A stretch of DNA of 36,905 bases from a virus (IMGVR_UViG_3300043451_000089:1-36905), one strand, 5' to 3'; counted from the first letter of the stretch, positions 9,713 through 17,605 are shown. Notes: generated from the letters alone by a model not told the origin. Made by a program: numbers and translations.

Positions 9713-10052
9713 TTGACAACAATTCCTTGATTTCTTTTGTGCTTAAATCACTCAAATCAATATTTGTCTGCTCTTGTTGTATTTGCTGAACTGGAGCACC
9801 ATAACAACTATCCATTAACGCTTTGTACGCATTAACATCTCCTTCCCTTGCTTTTTTAACCAACGCCAATGTCATCAAATCTTCCTGCGACATCTTCTCA
9901 TTTGTGCCAGTAATTGGATTCTTGGCCGATTGTTCTACCTCCATCCAATAACGTGCGATTGTTGCCCTGCTTTTGGCCCCTTTTGGCCTTCCTTTTGGGT
10001 TTCCACTTTCGCCTTTTTTCCAACGTGGTTCTATTTTTCCTCTTCCTGCCAT
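9699..10052 (-). CDS. terS: Terminase small subunit (DUF5681-like N-terminus)
   Basis: WKKGESGNPKGRPKG motif and KAREGDVNAYK; overlaps the terL start. Confidence 0.85.
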   Translation of the reverse strand: MAGRGKIEPRWKKGESGNPKGRPKGAKSRATIARYWMEVEQSAKNPITGTNEKMSQEDLMTLALVKKAREGDVNAYKALMDSCYGAPVQQIQQEQTNIDLSDLSTKEIKELLSNEKK

Positions 10053-10058
10053 TTGTCG

Positions 10059-10088
10059 TTGTATGTTCGTTGTTTTGTTTTATATTTG
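10059..10088 (+). promoter_or_regulatory. Plus-strand (antisense) Bacteroidota promoter
   Basis: TTG(10059-10061)-N19-TATATTTG(10081-10088); the -7 octamer is identical to that of the early promoters. Confidence 0.6.
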
Positions 10089-10091
10089 AAA

Positions 10092-10154
10092 AGTCAATCA
10101 ACGGATTGCATTTTTTTCTATATTCAATTAGGGGGGCCATTTCCCCCCTTTTTT
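10092..10154 (+). ncRNA. Putative ~60-nt plus-strand small RNA
   Basis: Bracketed by the promoter at 10059-10088 and the terminator at 10130-10154. No ORF lies inside. It begins (A)GTCAATCAACGG. Confidence 0.45.
10130..10154 (+). terminator. Rho-independent terminator with plus-strand polarity
   Basis: AGGGGGG-CCATTT-CCCCCCT followed by TTTTT. The T run exists only on the plus strand. Confidence 0.75.
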
Positions 10155-11331
10155 ATTTTACAACTTCGCCATTTCTTTTTATTACCAATGATGAATCTAG
10201 TTTTTTCATTCTGTCAATAATAACTTGACAATACTTTGGGTCAAATTCAACAATGTAAGCTTTTCTGTTTAATTGATGACATGCAACCATTGTTGTTCCA
10301 CTTCCACCAAAAGCATCAGCAACAATATCACCATCTTTACTTGAGTTTGTAATTTGATAAGCAAATAACTCAACTGGTTTCATTGTTGGATGTTCAGCAT
10401 TTCTATTTGGCCTATTGAATTCTAAAATTGTTGTTTGCTTTCGATCAGAGTACCATGAATGAGAAGCACCTTCTTTCCATCCATACAAACATGGTTCATG
10501 TTTCCACTGATAATCTTGCCTTCCCATAACCATTGAATTTTTCACCCAAATCAAACACTGCTTAACCATAATCCCTGCATTTTTCATTGCTAATCGAAAA
10601 TTAGCTCCTTCTGAATCAGCATGCCAAACATACCATGCGCCACCTTTTTTTGTAAATGCCGCGAGAGCTGTATAAAAATCATAAAGAAATTGGTAAAAAT
10701 CATCATTTGACATTGAATCATTTTTGATAGTCAAAGCATCTTTTGTTTTACCTTCATAAGCGACATTATATGGTGGGTCTGTTACAACTAAATCCGCGAG
10801 TTGACCATTCATTAATTTTTCAAATGTGTCTGTCTGAGTGCTATCTCCACAAATTAAACGATGTTCGCCTATTTCAAATAAATCACCTAATACAATATCA
10901 GTTGTGATTTCATCTGGCATTTCAAAATCATCATCTTCTGCATCTACTTCATTTCCCATTTTTAAATCTGCTGGCAAATCAAGTCCCCAGTTTTCGACCT
11001 CTTCTTGATCCCATTGATTTGCTATCATTTCCCAATCCCATTCACCAAATCCAACGTTGTCTTTAATAATAAATTGGCGTTCTTGTTCTGCAGTCAAAGA
11101 ATCTGCGATGATTACGGGAACTGTTTTCAGTCCAGCTTCTTTGCACGCTTTCAATCGCATATTTCCGCCCAAAACAATCATGTCTTTGTTAACTACAATA
11201 GGCCGAATGTCAAGCATGTCTGGAAATTCTTTTATTGATGCAACCAGTTTGTGGAATTTGTCATCCTTTATTACTCTTGGATTGTTTGGGTTTGACTTTA
11301 ATTCAGTCAGTTTTATTTTTTGCGTATTCAT
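10153..11331 (-). CDS. ParB-N domain fused to a beta-class N6-adenine/N4-cytosine DNA methyltransferase
   Basis: NPNNPR and LGGNMRLKA (ParB-N); TDPPYN, HPTMKP and DAFGGSGTT (MTase motif IV before motif I). Confidence 0.92.
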   Translation of the reverse strand: MNTQKIKLTELKSNPNNPRVIKDDKFHKLVASIKEFPDMLDIRPIVVNKDMIVLGGNMRLKACKEAGLKTVPVIIADSLTAEQERQFIIKDNVGFGEWDWEMIANQWDQEEVENWGLDLPADLKMGNEVDAEDDDFEMPDEITTDIVLGDLFEIGEHRLICGDSTQTDTFEKLMNGQLADLVVTDPPYNVAYEGKTKDALTIKNDSMSNDDFYQFLYDFYTALAAFTKKGGAWYVWHADSEGANFRLAMKNAGIMVKQCLIWVKNSMVMGRQDYQWKHEPCLYGWKEGASHSWYSDRKQTTILEFNRPNRNAEHPTMKPVELFAYQITNSSKDGDIVADAFGGSGTTMVACHQLNRKAYIVEFDPKYCQVIIDRMKKLDSSLVIKRNGEVVK

Positions 11332-11522
11332 TTAAATGGGGGTTTATGTACTTGGCCATCTGAAAGATCAACTATTCGCTCTATTTGACCTTGGTGTTTT
11401 TTCGGTATTTTCAATATTGCATCTTGGAGGTCTTTCGCATCCACTCTTCGACATTCCATGTTTTCGTCCTCTTTGTACCAAACGCGAAATGGGTATCTTT
11501 TTGTTCTTTTACTTTTCGGCAT
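11328..11522 (-). CDS. Hypothetical protein
   Basis: 64 aa, overlapping both neighbours in operon fashion. Confidence 0.6.
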   Translation of the reverse strand: MPKSKRTKRYPFRVWYKEDENMECRRVDAKDLQDAILKIPKKHQGQIERIVDLSDGQVHKPPFK

Positions 11523-11745
11523 TGGGCAAAGTTTGAATCTTGAACAACAATTTGCTGTACGCTTTGTGACGATCTGGATTCATGTTCCACTCTTCCATCC
11601 TTGCGTTTACTTCCATCATGGCGAACTTTTTTGCGTATGCGTGACATAATGGGTCTTCGGATAGTTCCGTGGACGAGTTGATAAGTACATGACGGTACTT
11701 GTCGTAGATTTTACGAGCTTTTATGTCCAAAGATTGTTCACTCAT
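11509..11745 (-). CDS. Hypothetical protein
   Basis: 78 aa with an A-rich leader. Confidence 0.7.
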   Translation of the reverse strand: MSEQSLDIKARKIYDKYRHVLINSSTELSEDPLCHAYAKKFAMMEVNARMEEWNMNPDRHKAYSKLLFKIQTLPNAEK

Positions 11746-11769
11746 GCGTTTTTTCTTTCAAATTTAATG

Positions 11770-12066
11770 TCAAATCACAAAATTTGATACCAGCCAGACG
11801 ACCAAATACACCAATCCAATCAATCCATAGCCAATTCCAACGCGAATAACAGACTGTGCCATCATTTTGGTTTTGTCATACCATAACTGAAAAGATGGTG
11901 CGTTTATTCCGAGTAACGGAAGGAGCAAAACGCGGTCAAGAATGAACAGAATTAAGATCAATGGAAAGATGAAAAACAAGGAAATGATAGTTTTCAATGT
12001 CCGTTGTGTGCTCTGCTTGGTTTTACTCTTTCGGGTACTCGATTTTTTAAATTGATGGTGTTTCAT
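11770..12066 (-). CDS. Small membrane protein (about 2 TM segments)
   Basis: Basic N-terminus, then hydrophobic IISLFFIFPLILILFILDRVLLLPLLG and VGIGYGLIGLVYLVVWLV. I moved the start to the ATG at 12066 to avoid a 100-nt overlap. Confidence 0.65.
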   Translation of the reverse strand: MKHHQFKKSSTRKSKTKQSTQRTLKTIISLFFIFPLILILFILDRVLLLPLLGINAPSFQLWYDKTKMMAQSVIRVGIGYGLIGLVYLVVWLVSNFVI

Positions 12067-12322
12067 GAATTGTGATTGTATTAGGTTGCTCAAATGTAAG
12101 ACGAATTTGTTTACCCTGGGATTGGTAGTGGGTTTGTAGGTCTCGAACAAGGTTCTTTTTTAGTCTCCAAAGTTCCTCTGCATAAACGTATCCATGTTTT
12201 TCAAGGACGTAAATTGAGCGATTGATGTTGTAAATCTCACTCCATGTTTCCTTTCCTTGAATTTCATGTCCCGCGTTTTCGAGCAAAGTTGGGAGTAACA
12301 ATGACATTTCAATTCTTTTCAT
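12047..12322 (-). CDS. Hypothetical protein
   Basis: 91 aa; leader AAAGTAAGTCAAG-ATG. Confidence 0.7.
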   Translation of the reverse strand: MKRIEMSLLLPTLLENAGHEIQGKETWSEIYNINRSIYVLEKHGYVYAEELWRLKKNLVRDLQTHYQSQGKQIRLTFEQPNTITIHETPSI

Positions 12323-12542
12323 CTTGACTTACTTTATGTTTATGAATTGGGTTGTTGCAATTTCCTTTGTGGGTTATTACATCATAAAGATTATGAGTTC
12401 TGAATTGAATGTACTCGCATTGGTCAATAACTACAATTTTAGGATTATGCAAATTTGTATTTTTGAATAGACCATCATTAGAATCTTGAACGCACCCCAT
12501 CATCCCAATGGCAATTGCGATTATCATTAGTTTACTTTTCAT
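12309..12542 (-). CDS. Small lipoprotein
   Basis: MKSK, a hydrophobic stretch and a lipobox-like MMG-C; CEYI and HKGNCNNPIH motifs. Confidence 0.75.
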   Translation of the reverse strand: MKSKLMIIAIAIGMMGCVQDSNDGLFKNTNLHNPKIVVIDQCEYIQFRTHNLYDVITHKGNCNNPIHKHKVSQDEKN

Positions 12543-12726
12543 CTTGACCTCCGTATGTTTCGTTAATTATATTTTCGGCATCTAATACAAGGTCATCCAT
12601 TCGTATTGTTTGCAAATCGTCTTCAAGCCATTGTATTATAGTTTCAATGTCGGGTCGCTGCATTACTATTCTATTGTAATACCCTTGTACAATTTCCTTC
12701 TGCGCTTGTATTATTTCTGCTTTCAT
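12532..12726 (-). CDS. Hypothetical protein
   Basis: 64 aa; leader AAAAAGTCAAAAA-ATG. Confidence 0.7.
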   Translation of the reverse strand: MKAEIIQAQKEIVQGYYNRIVMQRPDIETIIQWLEDDLQTIRMDDLVLDAENIINETYGGQDEK

Positions 12727-12747
12727 TTTTTGACTTTTTAAATGTTT

Positions 12748-12817
12748 GACACGGATGCGGAATCGAACCGCATTTTCTGTGAATATCAGTGACGTTAACC
12801 TATACGCCCATCCGTGT
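12748..12817 (-). ncRNA. tRNA-like element with a truncated anticodon arm
   Basis: Acceptor ACACGGA/TCCGTGT, D arm GGCG-TATAGGTTAA-CGTC, T arm TGCGG-TTCGATT-CCGCA. The anticodon arm is only CTG-ATATTCA-CAG. Confidence 0.75.
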
Positions 12818-12820
12818 TTT

Positions 12821-12841
12821 CATCGTCTTTCCGATGTGTCA
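12821..12841 (-). promoter_or_regulatory. boxB-like purine-loop hairpin (TGACA-CATCG-GAAAGA-CGATG)
   Basis: Perfect 5-bp stem with a GAAAGA loop directly 5' of the tRNA-like element. The function is inferred only. Confidence 0.4.
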
Positions 12842-12963
12842 CTCGTTAGATTATGCTCTCTGGACTTTATGAGTTAAGCCCCGTTAACCGTAAGCATTTC
12901 GGGTCATCGGCAATTTCATGTAAACCTGTGATGACGTTTCTTTATCGTTTACACCTTGCTAAG

Positions 12964-13043
12964 CAGCCAAGGTAGGATTCGAACCTACGTAGAACCACCG
13001 CTGAGAAAAAAGCCTTGGTGGGTAAAATCTCAACCTCTTGACT
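12964..13043 (-). ncRNA. tRNA-like element with an enlarged, non-canonical anticodon arm
   Basis: Acceptor AGTCAAG/CTTGGCT, T arm GTAGG-TTCGAAT-CCTAC, and a CCACC/GGTGG stem closing a 17-nt loop. The D arm is weak. Confidence 0.7.
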
Positions 13044-13168
13044 ATGTGCCTTTTTAAACGACGTCGAGAAGGCTAACTCTATCTCCAATACGATGAGAAC
13101 GGAAGCAGTGTGCAACAAGAGTTCATCTGGTATGCAGTCCGTGTTTTACGATCCACTCGCGAGCGTGG

Positions 13169-13771
13169 CTAATTTCTTTTTATGCTAAATTCTGGAACAT
13201 CAAAAAAAATTGATAATAATAAAATACCTGCTATTCCCAATAATTCTTTTGGGTAAACCAAGATTGCTTTATTTCTATCATTTAAAGCAAAATGAACTAA
13301 TGGGTTTTTATCACCAAATGATTTTTTGATTTTTGATAATAGACCTACATTAAACTCAATTCTTCCTTCAAATTTCGATGACATTTTAATTTCTGTTGGC
13401 CATACATTTTTCCAATTTGGAAATTTCATGTTTTCTGCAGTCTCTAGCCTAAATGTTATAGCACGAAATGCAGTTGTGACTTTTAAGTAATGGTTATCAA
13501 TTACTTTTATTTCACCAATGTTATTATGCTTTTTAAGAAATTCAATCATGAATTTCCAATCATCTTTATGTATCAAATACCCATTTAGCATAGATATTTC
13601 TTCCTCTGAAATAAACGCATATAAATCAGCAACAACCATTTGATGTGCATCAGTTGCTATTGCAAATCCATCATCTATTGCCACATAATCAAATACTGGT
13701 CTCATGTGATCACATCCACATGAATTGTGGAGTGGTGGTAATCCTAAATCTGTTTTAAATAATTTTTTCAT
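13169..13771 (-). CDS. Sliding-clamp (DnaN)-like protein, short form
   Basis: RPVFDYV, AIATDAHQM, KFPNWKNV and EFNVGLL recall the RP.L.GV, VATDG.RL, .FP.Y..V and .FN..YL motifs of the beta clamp. It is only 200 aa. Confidence 0.55.
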   Translation of the reverse strand: MKKLFKTDLGLPPLHNSCGCDHMRPVFDYVAIDDGFAIATDAHQMVVADLYAFISEEEISMLNGYLIHKDDWKFMIEFLKKHNNIGEIKVIDNHYLKVTTAFRAITFRLETAENMKFPNWKNVWPTEIKMSSKFEGRIEFNVGLLSKIKKSFGDKNPLVHFALNDRNKAILVYPKELLGIAGILLLSIFFDVPEFSIKRN

Positions 13772-13977
13772 GGTTTGACTGTTTTTTTGTTTTCAAAATA
13801 CTTAGCAATCTTGATTACCGCTTTTGTGGTCAATCCCTTTTCCTCATGATTCAAAAAAACAAATACTTGTGAGTAATGGAGACCAACTTCTTTGCAAAAT
13901 CGGTTCAAGTTGACACCAGTCGCGAGATGGTCTTTAATCATCTTTCGGACGTCCTTTTCAATGTTTACTAATTTCAT
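13768..13977 (-). CDS. Small Cro/XRE-like helix-turn-helix protein
   Basis: 69 aa from the ATG at 13977, just after the upstream stop. VNLNRFCKEVGLHYSQVFVFLN...GLTTKAVIKIAKYF fits an HTH. Confidence 0.75.
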   Translation of the reverse strand: MKLVNIEKDVRKMIKDHLATGVNLNRFCKEVGLHYSQVFVFLNHEEKGLTTKAVIKIAKYFENKKTVKP

Positions 13978-13978
13978 G

Positions 13979-14365
13979 TTAGAATGGTAAATCGTCCCCG
14001 TTTTCATCCTTTGCTGGTGCATCTTGCAATGTCGGTTGTGGTTGTGCCACGTTTTCGACCTGTTGTGCGCTTTGAGCCTTTCCACGTGTGCTGTAAATGC
14101 TCATTTTCCACGCTTGAATCGAATTAAAATAACACTCCGAACCATCTTTCTTTGAAATGTACTTGCGACCGCGCAAATTGATGTCAATTTCCAAATGGTC
14201 CCCGAATTGGAATCGGTCCACATCATCGCATTGGTCATTCACTACTTGAATTGTCAAAAATTGTGGGTACTTTTCATCAGTCTCAATAACGATGTCTCGT
14301 TTCTGAAATTTGTCTGAGATTGTCTCGGTGCTGCCTTTGGCATGTAAAAATCCAATGATCTTCAT
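13979..14365 (-). CDS. DUF3127-like single-stranded DNA-binding protein
   Basis: FQKRDIVIET..KYPQ, INLRGR, YFNSIQAWK and an acidic DDLPF tail. Confidence 0.9.
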   Translation of the reverse strand: MKIIGFLHAKGSTETISDKFQKRDIVIETDEKYPQFLTIQVVNDQCDDVDRFQFGDHLEIDINLRGRKYISKKDGSECYFNSIQAWKMSIYSTRGKAQSAQQVENVAQPQPTLQDAPAKDENGDDLPF

Positions 14366-15069
14366 ATTGCTTCGTAAATTTGGTTATAAATTGATTGTAA
14401 AAATTCTACTCTGTCTTTCATGTCTGAAATGACTAGGTCGTCTCGCTCGATTAAAAATTCCTTTACCCTTTTTTCTTCGGGGATTTGACCAAATGTATAT
14501 TGAGATTGTATTTTCTCTTGCGCAACTTCCTCAATCTCTTCCTGCGACATCTTGAAATAGGTCGGCAAAGATGCCATTTTCCACGCCATTCTACGCGCCT
14601 CGTCAATTATCATTTGTTCGGGCATGTCGGTCAAAACGTAAACCAATGACCATTGTTTTTTGCCAGTTAACCACATGTAACCTTGCATTTGCAAAAAGTA
14701 ATCTTTGTTCGGACATTCGACCTCCATTTTCGGGTACGTGAACCAATCGAATGAACACTTAATGTCAGCTCCTAAAGTTGCTGTGTGTACATCGGGCTCA
14801 CCAGTTAACCAATCGTTGAACAAACGAATCTTTGGCGCGTTTGGGTCGACATCATACCAACCCAATTGTCTTTTGGCCATCTCAATACCCAATTGCTCAT
14901 TGTTGATTCCCTTTTCAGTGTACTTGTTACTGAAATGCTCTTGGTATCCGTACTTGTCAAATGCTGCCATCTTTTCAAGTTCGGTTATGGCTGTCTTTCC
15001 AGGTCCTTTCCCGGAACGATCATTGGTCATTAACTTGCCAATATTGGATGCTCTAGCGATGAATTTCAT
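14362..15069 (-). CDS. YqaJ/lambda-exonuclease-like recombination nuclease
   Basis: RAS.IG.LM, KG..NE, TGEPD, DIKCS and Y..QMQGYMWLTG (PD-(D/E)XK motifs). Confidence 0.88.
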   Translation of the reverse strand: MKFIARASNIGKLMTNDRSGKGPGKTAITELEKMAAFDKYGYQEHFSNKYTEKGINNEQLGIEMAKRQLGWYDVDPNAPKIRLFNDWLTGEPDVHTATLGADIKCSFDWFTYPKMEVECPNKDYFLQMQGYMWLTGKKQWSLVYVLTDMPEQMIIDEARRMAWKMASLPTYFKMSQEEIEEVAQEKIQSQYTFGQIPEEKRVKEFLIERDDLVISDMKDRVEFLQSIYNQIYEAI

Positions 15070-15608
15070 ATCTCAACTCCAAATTCGTTCGACAATGTTT
15101 TCTTTTGGTCCGTGTCCAAGTTGAATTTTTTGTTCACCTCAGCAAGTTGAAAATCTCCTTTGCGGATATCTTGGACCATACGAATGAACTCATTTTGGTT
15201 CAATGTCTTTTTTGCTGTTGCTTTTGGCTTTTCAGCAACACGACCCTTGGCATCATTGTCCTCACCCTCCAATACAATTCCGAGAATGGCACAAAATGCG
15301 TATCTCTTGTAATACGTTATTTTGGAACCATCAACTTGAAATGGATTCATGCCATTCAATTTGACATCGTCTTGCATCTTGATTCTGGAGTGCAATTCAC
15401 CGCCCGAAATATGGTAGAGTGATGTAATTAGGACGTTGTCCTCAAATGTTTGGGTAAATACTAACCCGTGTTTGTGACGTAATTCGCGAGTAGCATCGAC
15501 AATCTTTTCTAACTCAGCGTACTTGTAACCATAACCTTGTTTGGCCTTGGTTATTACTGGACATTCCGCTTGGAACTCCAATAGTGATTTGATCATTTCT
15601 TGATTCAT
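15066..15608 (-). CDS. ERF-family single-strand annealing protein
   Basis: YKYAEL, HGL.FTQ, H.SG and Q..GS.ITYYKRYA...ILGI..EDND motifs. Confidence 0.9.
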   Translation of the reverse strand: MNQEMIKSLLEFQAECPVITKAKQGYGYKYAELEKIVDATRELRHKHGLVFTQTFEDNVLITSLYHISGGELHSRIKMQDDVKLNGMNPFQVDGSKITYYKRYAFCAILGIVLEGEDNDAKGRVAEKPKATAKKTLNQNEFIRMVQDIRKGDFQLAEVNKKFNLDTDQKKTLSNEFGVEI

Positions 15609-15625
15609 AATTGACTTTTCTTTTG

Positions 15626-15656
15626 CAAATATAACAAATTAAACTTATTACACAAA
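15626..15656 (-). promoter_or_regulatory. Promoter of the recombination operon with a palindromic operator (15632-15650)
   Basis: TTTG-N19-TATATTTG; operator TAATAAGTT-T-AATTTGTTA. Confidence 0.85.
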
Positions 15657-15662
15657 TTTTCT

Positions 15663-17069
15663 TTAAAGTTTTTTTGATTCTGGTAGTGGATAGCCTTTTG
15701 CCTTGGCCACTGCCCGATTGAACAACTCCCATACTTTATCATCTTTGAACTGAACGTGCATGGTGGATTTCTTGAATACTTTGACCTTGAAAAATGACCA
15801 ATCATACCAAACTCCCCATTCTTTGTAGTCGTAAATTTTCGTATTGTCTTTATAGCTTACTCCATCAAATAGCTTTTGGAGAGTATTTTCAGCATCGTAT
15901 TGGGTGGCTGTGAGGTAACATAGGGCCTTGTGTAGATCGTTCATTTTATCCGCGTTTCCGTTGTAACGTATCGCAGGTTTACCATTTCCCCAGTTGTGCT
16001 CGGCAACGTACTCCAAAATGAACTTTTTGTTGACGAGGTAGTGACTATTTGTTTTCCATCCCTCAACCGCATACCGATTCTCATGATAGTGCATGGTCAG
16101 TTTGTCAAAAATCTCTACCATTGCTTTTTCCATTCTCGATCCATGCGTTCCAACTACCAATTCAATCATCTTGTACACATTTTTCATCGTGAATGGGACG
16201 TTCTGTTGCTTCTCAACAAACAAATTGACCTCTTTTTTGAGTGATTCAGTAAGGTATTTTTGCATGTTCATTTTATTGAATACCCACAACCAACATTGCT
16301 TTTGTAACTCCTTTTTGAAATCGGCCACGGATTGTTCCTTTTCATCTTGTCTCAGTGCGAAAACAATTTTACCAGTGTTGAATTGACCAATCAAATCGTT
16401 CATTTTTACCGCGTTTTCGGCCACGGAATCAAATAATCTGCACGCGCCAACGTATCTCTGCACGACATCTCGAATAACATTGTATGGCATGATTCCATTG
16501 TACTGACTTTCCTCTACATCGTCATCCATGTCAAAGTAACCATCAAACGAATTGTTCGCGCTCGGTTTGAATAGTTTGATCATGCCAATATTGACATTCG
16601 TCTTTCTTTCGGCTGTCGAAAATACCTCTCCAAGTTCCTCAGCAAATCCGTAATTTTTAACTACTTGGTAAAGTTGATTCCTGTGACGTGAATAATGATT
16701 GACAACGGTTTCGTAATTGCACAACGCAATAATTTCACAACCTGCTGGAGCAATTTCCCATGCGTGCAGAATGTGTTTGTCCGCGTTTGAGAATGGTGGA
16801 TTCATGATGATGAAATCCATTTGAACTATTTGATCATCCTTCAATTTGAAAAAATCATTATCAATCAAATGACATTTGGATTCAACAATTTTGGCAAGGT
16901 CTGGATGACGTTCACATGCTTTGACATTTGCTCCGTATGACTTCAATACGTCAACAATATGTCCTGCTCCTGCTGATGGCTCTAAAACATTCTTTCCATT
17001 AAGGTCCAACCCTGCAATCATTCTTTCGATTACGTGGTCTGGAGTGGGGTAAAATTCACTATTGAACAT
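15663..17069 (-). CDS. Gamma-type N6-adenine DNA methyltransferase with a DUF4942-like C-terminus
   Basis: FYPTP, VLEPSAGAG and IMNPPF; C-terminal WKTNSHY.VNKKFI and FFKVKVFKKSTMHVQF. Confidence 0.85.
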   Translation of the reverse strand: MFNSEFYPTPDHVIERMIAGLDLNGKNVLEPSAGAGHIVDVLKSYGANVKACERHPDLAKIVESKCHLIDNDFFKLKDDQIVQMDFIIMNPPFSNADKHILHAWEIAPAGCEIIALCNYETVVNHYSRHRNQLYQVVKNYGFAEELGEVFSTAERKTNVNIGMIKLFKPSANNSFDGYFDMDDDVEESQYNGIMPYNVIRDVVQRYVGACRLFDSVAENAVKMNDLIGQFNTGKIVFALRQDEKEQSVADFKKELQKQCWLWVFNKMNMQKYLTESLKKEVNLFVEKQQNVPFTMKNVYKMIELVVGTHGSRMEKAMVEIFDKLTMHYHENRYAVEGWKTNSHYLVNKKFILEYVAEHNWGNGKPAIRYNGNADKMNDLHKALCYLTATQYDAENTLQKLFDGVSYKDNTKIYDYKEWGVWYDWSFFKVKVFKKSTMHVQFKDDKVWELFNRAVAKAKGYPLPESKKL

Positions 17070-17604
17070 CTTTAATTTTCTTTTTGTATTGGTTAATCAA
17101 ATCAATGGTTTCGGCCATGGTTAAATTCAATGGCTCATTCTTTTTTTGGTCCAAAACATGGAACCTATCACTACCAATCCGAGCAATTAACCCATCTCGA
17201 TAATTGGACAAATTCCCGTGCAGATACATGTTACATTTTACACACTGACCATGGACATTGTCCTCATTATATCTCAAATTTGGATAGGACCCAACAGAAA
17301 AGAAATGCCCGGCATCAAATTTGCCATTGAGATTTGCCCCACAACTGATGCATCCTTTTTTGGCATCTCTGAGACGAATAAACCGATTGAATGTCGTTTG
17401 CAATATCTTTTTCCAATCTCCGAGAGATCGTAGATTTTCAACGCGTAGTTTCTTTTCATTTCGCCATGCTGTCTTTGGTTTGCTTTTTATCTTGGCAAGA
17501 TTCTCCATTGCTTGTTTTGTCTTACAATCGATAGACTGACAGTATTTTTCCATGGTCGAGAACCTGGGTGAGAATGGCTGCTTACAATTTTTGCACTTTT
17601 TCAT
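17059..17604 (-). CDS. ninG: NinG/Rap-family recombination endonuclease
   Basis: CKNC...YC, FNRFIRLRD, CISCG, DAGHF and NVHGQCVKCN. Confidence 0.9.
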   Translation of the reverse strand: MKKCKNCKQPFSPRFSTMEKYCQSIDCKTKQAMENLAKIKSKPKTAWRNEKKLRVENLRSLGDWKKILQTTFNRFIRLRDAKKGCISCGANLNGKFDAGHFFSVGSYPNLRYNEDNVHGQCVKCNMYLHGNLSNYRDGLIARIGSDRFHVLDQKKNEPLNLTMAETIDLINQYKKKIKDVQ

Positions 17605-17605
17605 C

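Noticed and set aside
12850-12912. Hammerhead ribozyme (CCGATGA...GAAA on the minus strand)
   Set aside because: There is no stem II between the motifs and no stem I pairing.
12748-13043. Functional or suppressor tRNAs, or genetic-code reassignment
   Set aside because: The anticodon arms are non-canonical, and genes are full length in the standard code with TAA, TAG and TGA all used as stops.
15514-15805. ORFs 15514..15732 and 15605..15805
   Set aside because: They cross the promoter/operator and overlap ERF and the MTase out of frame.
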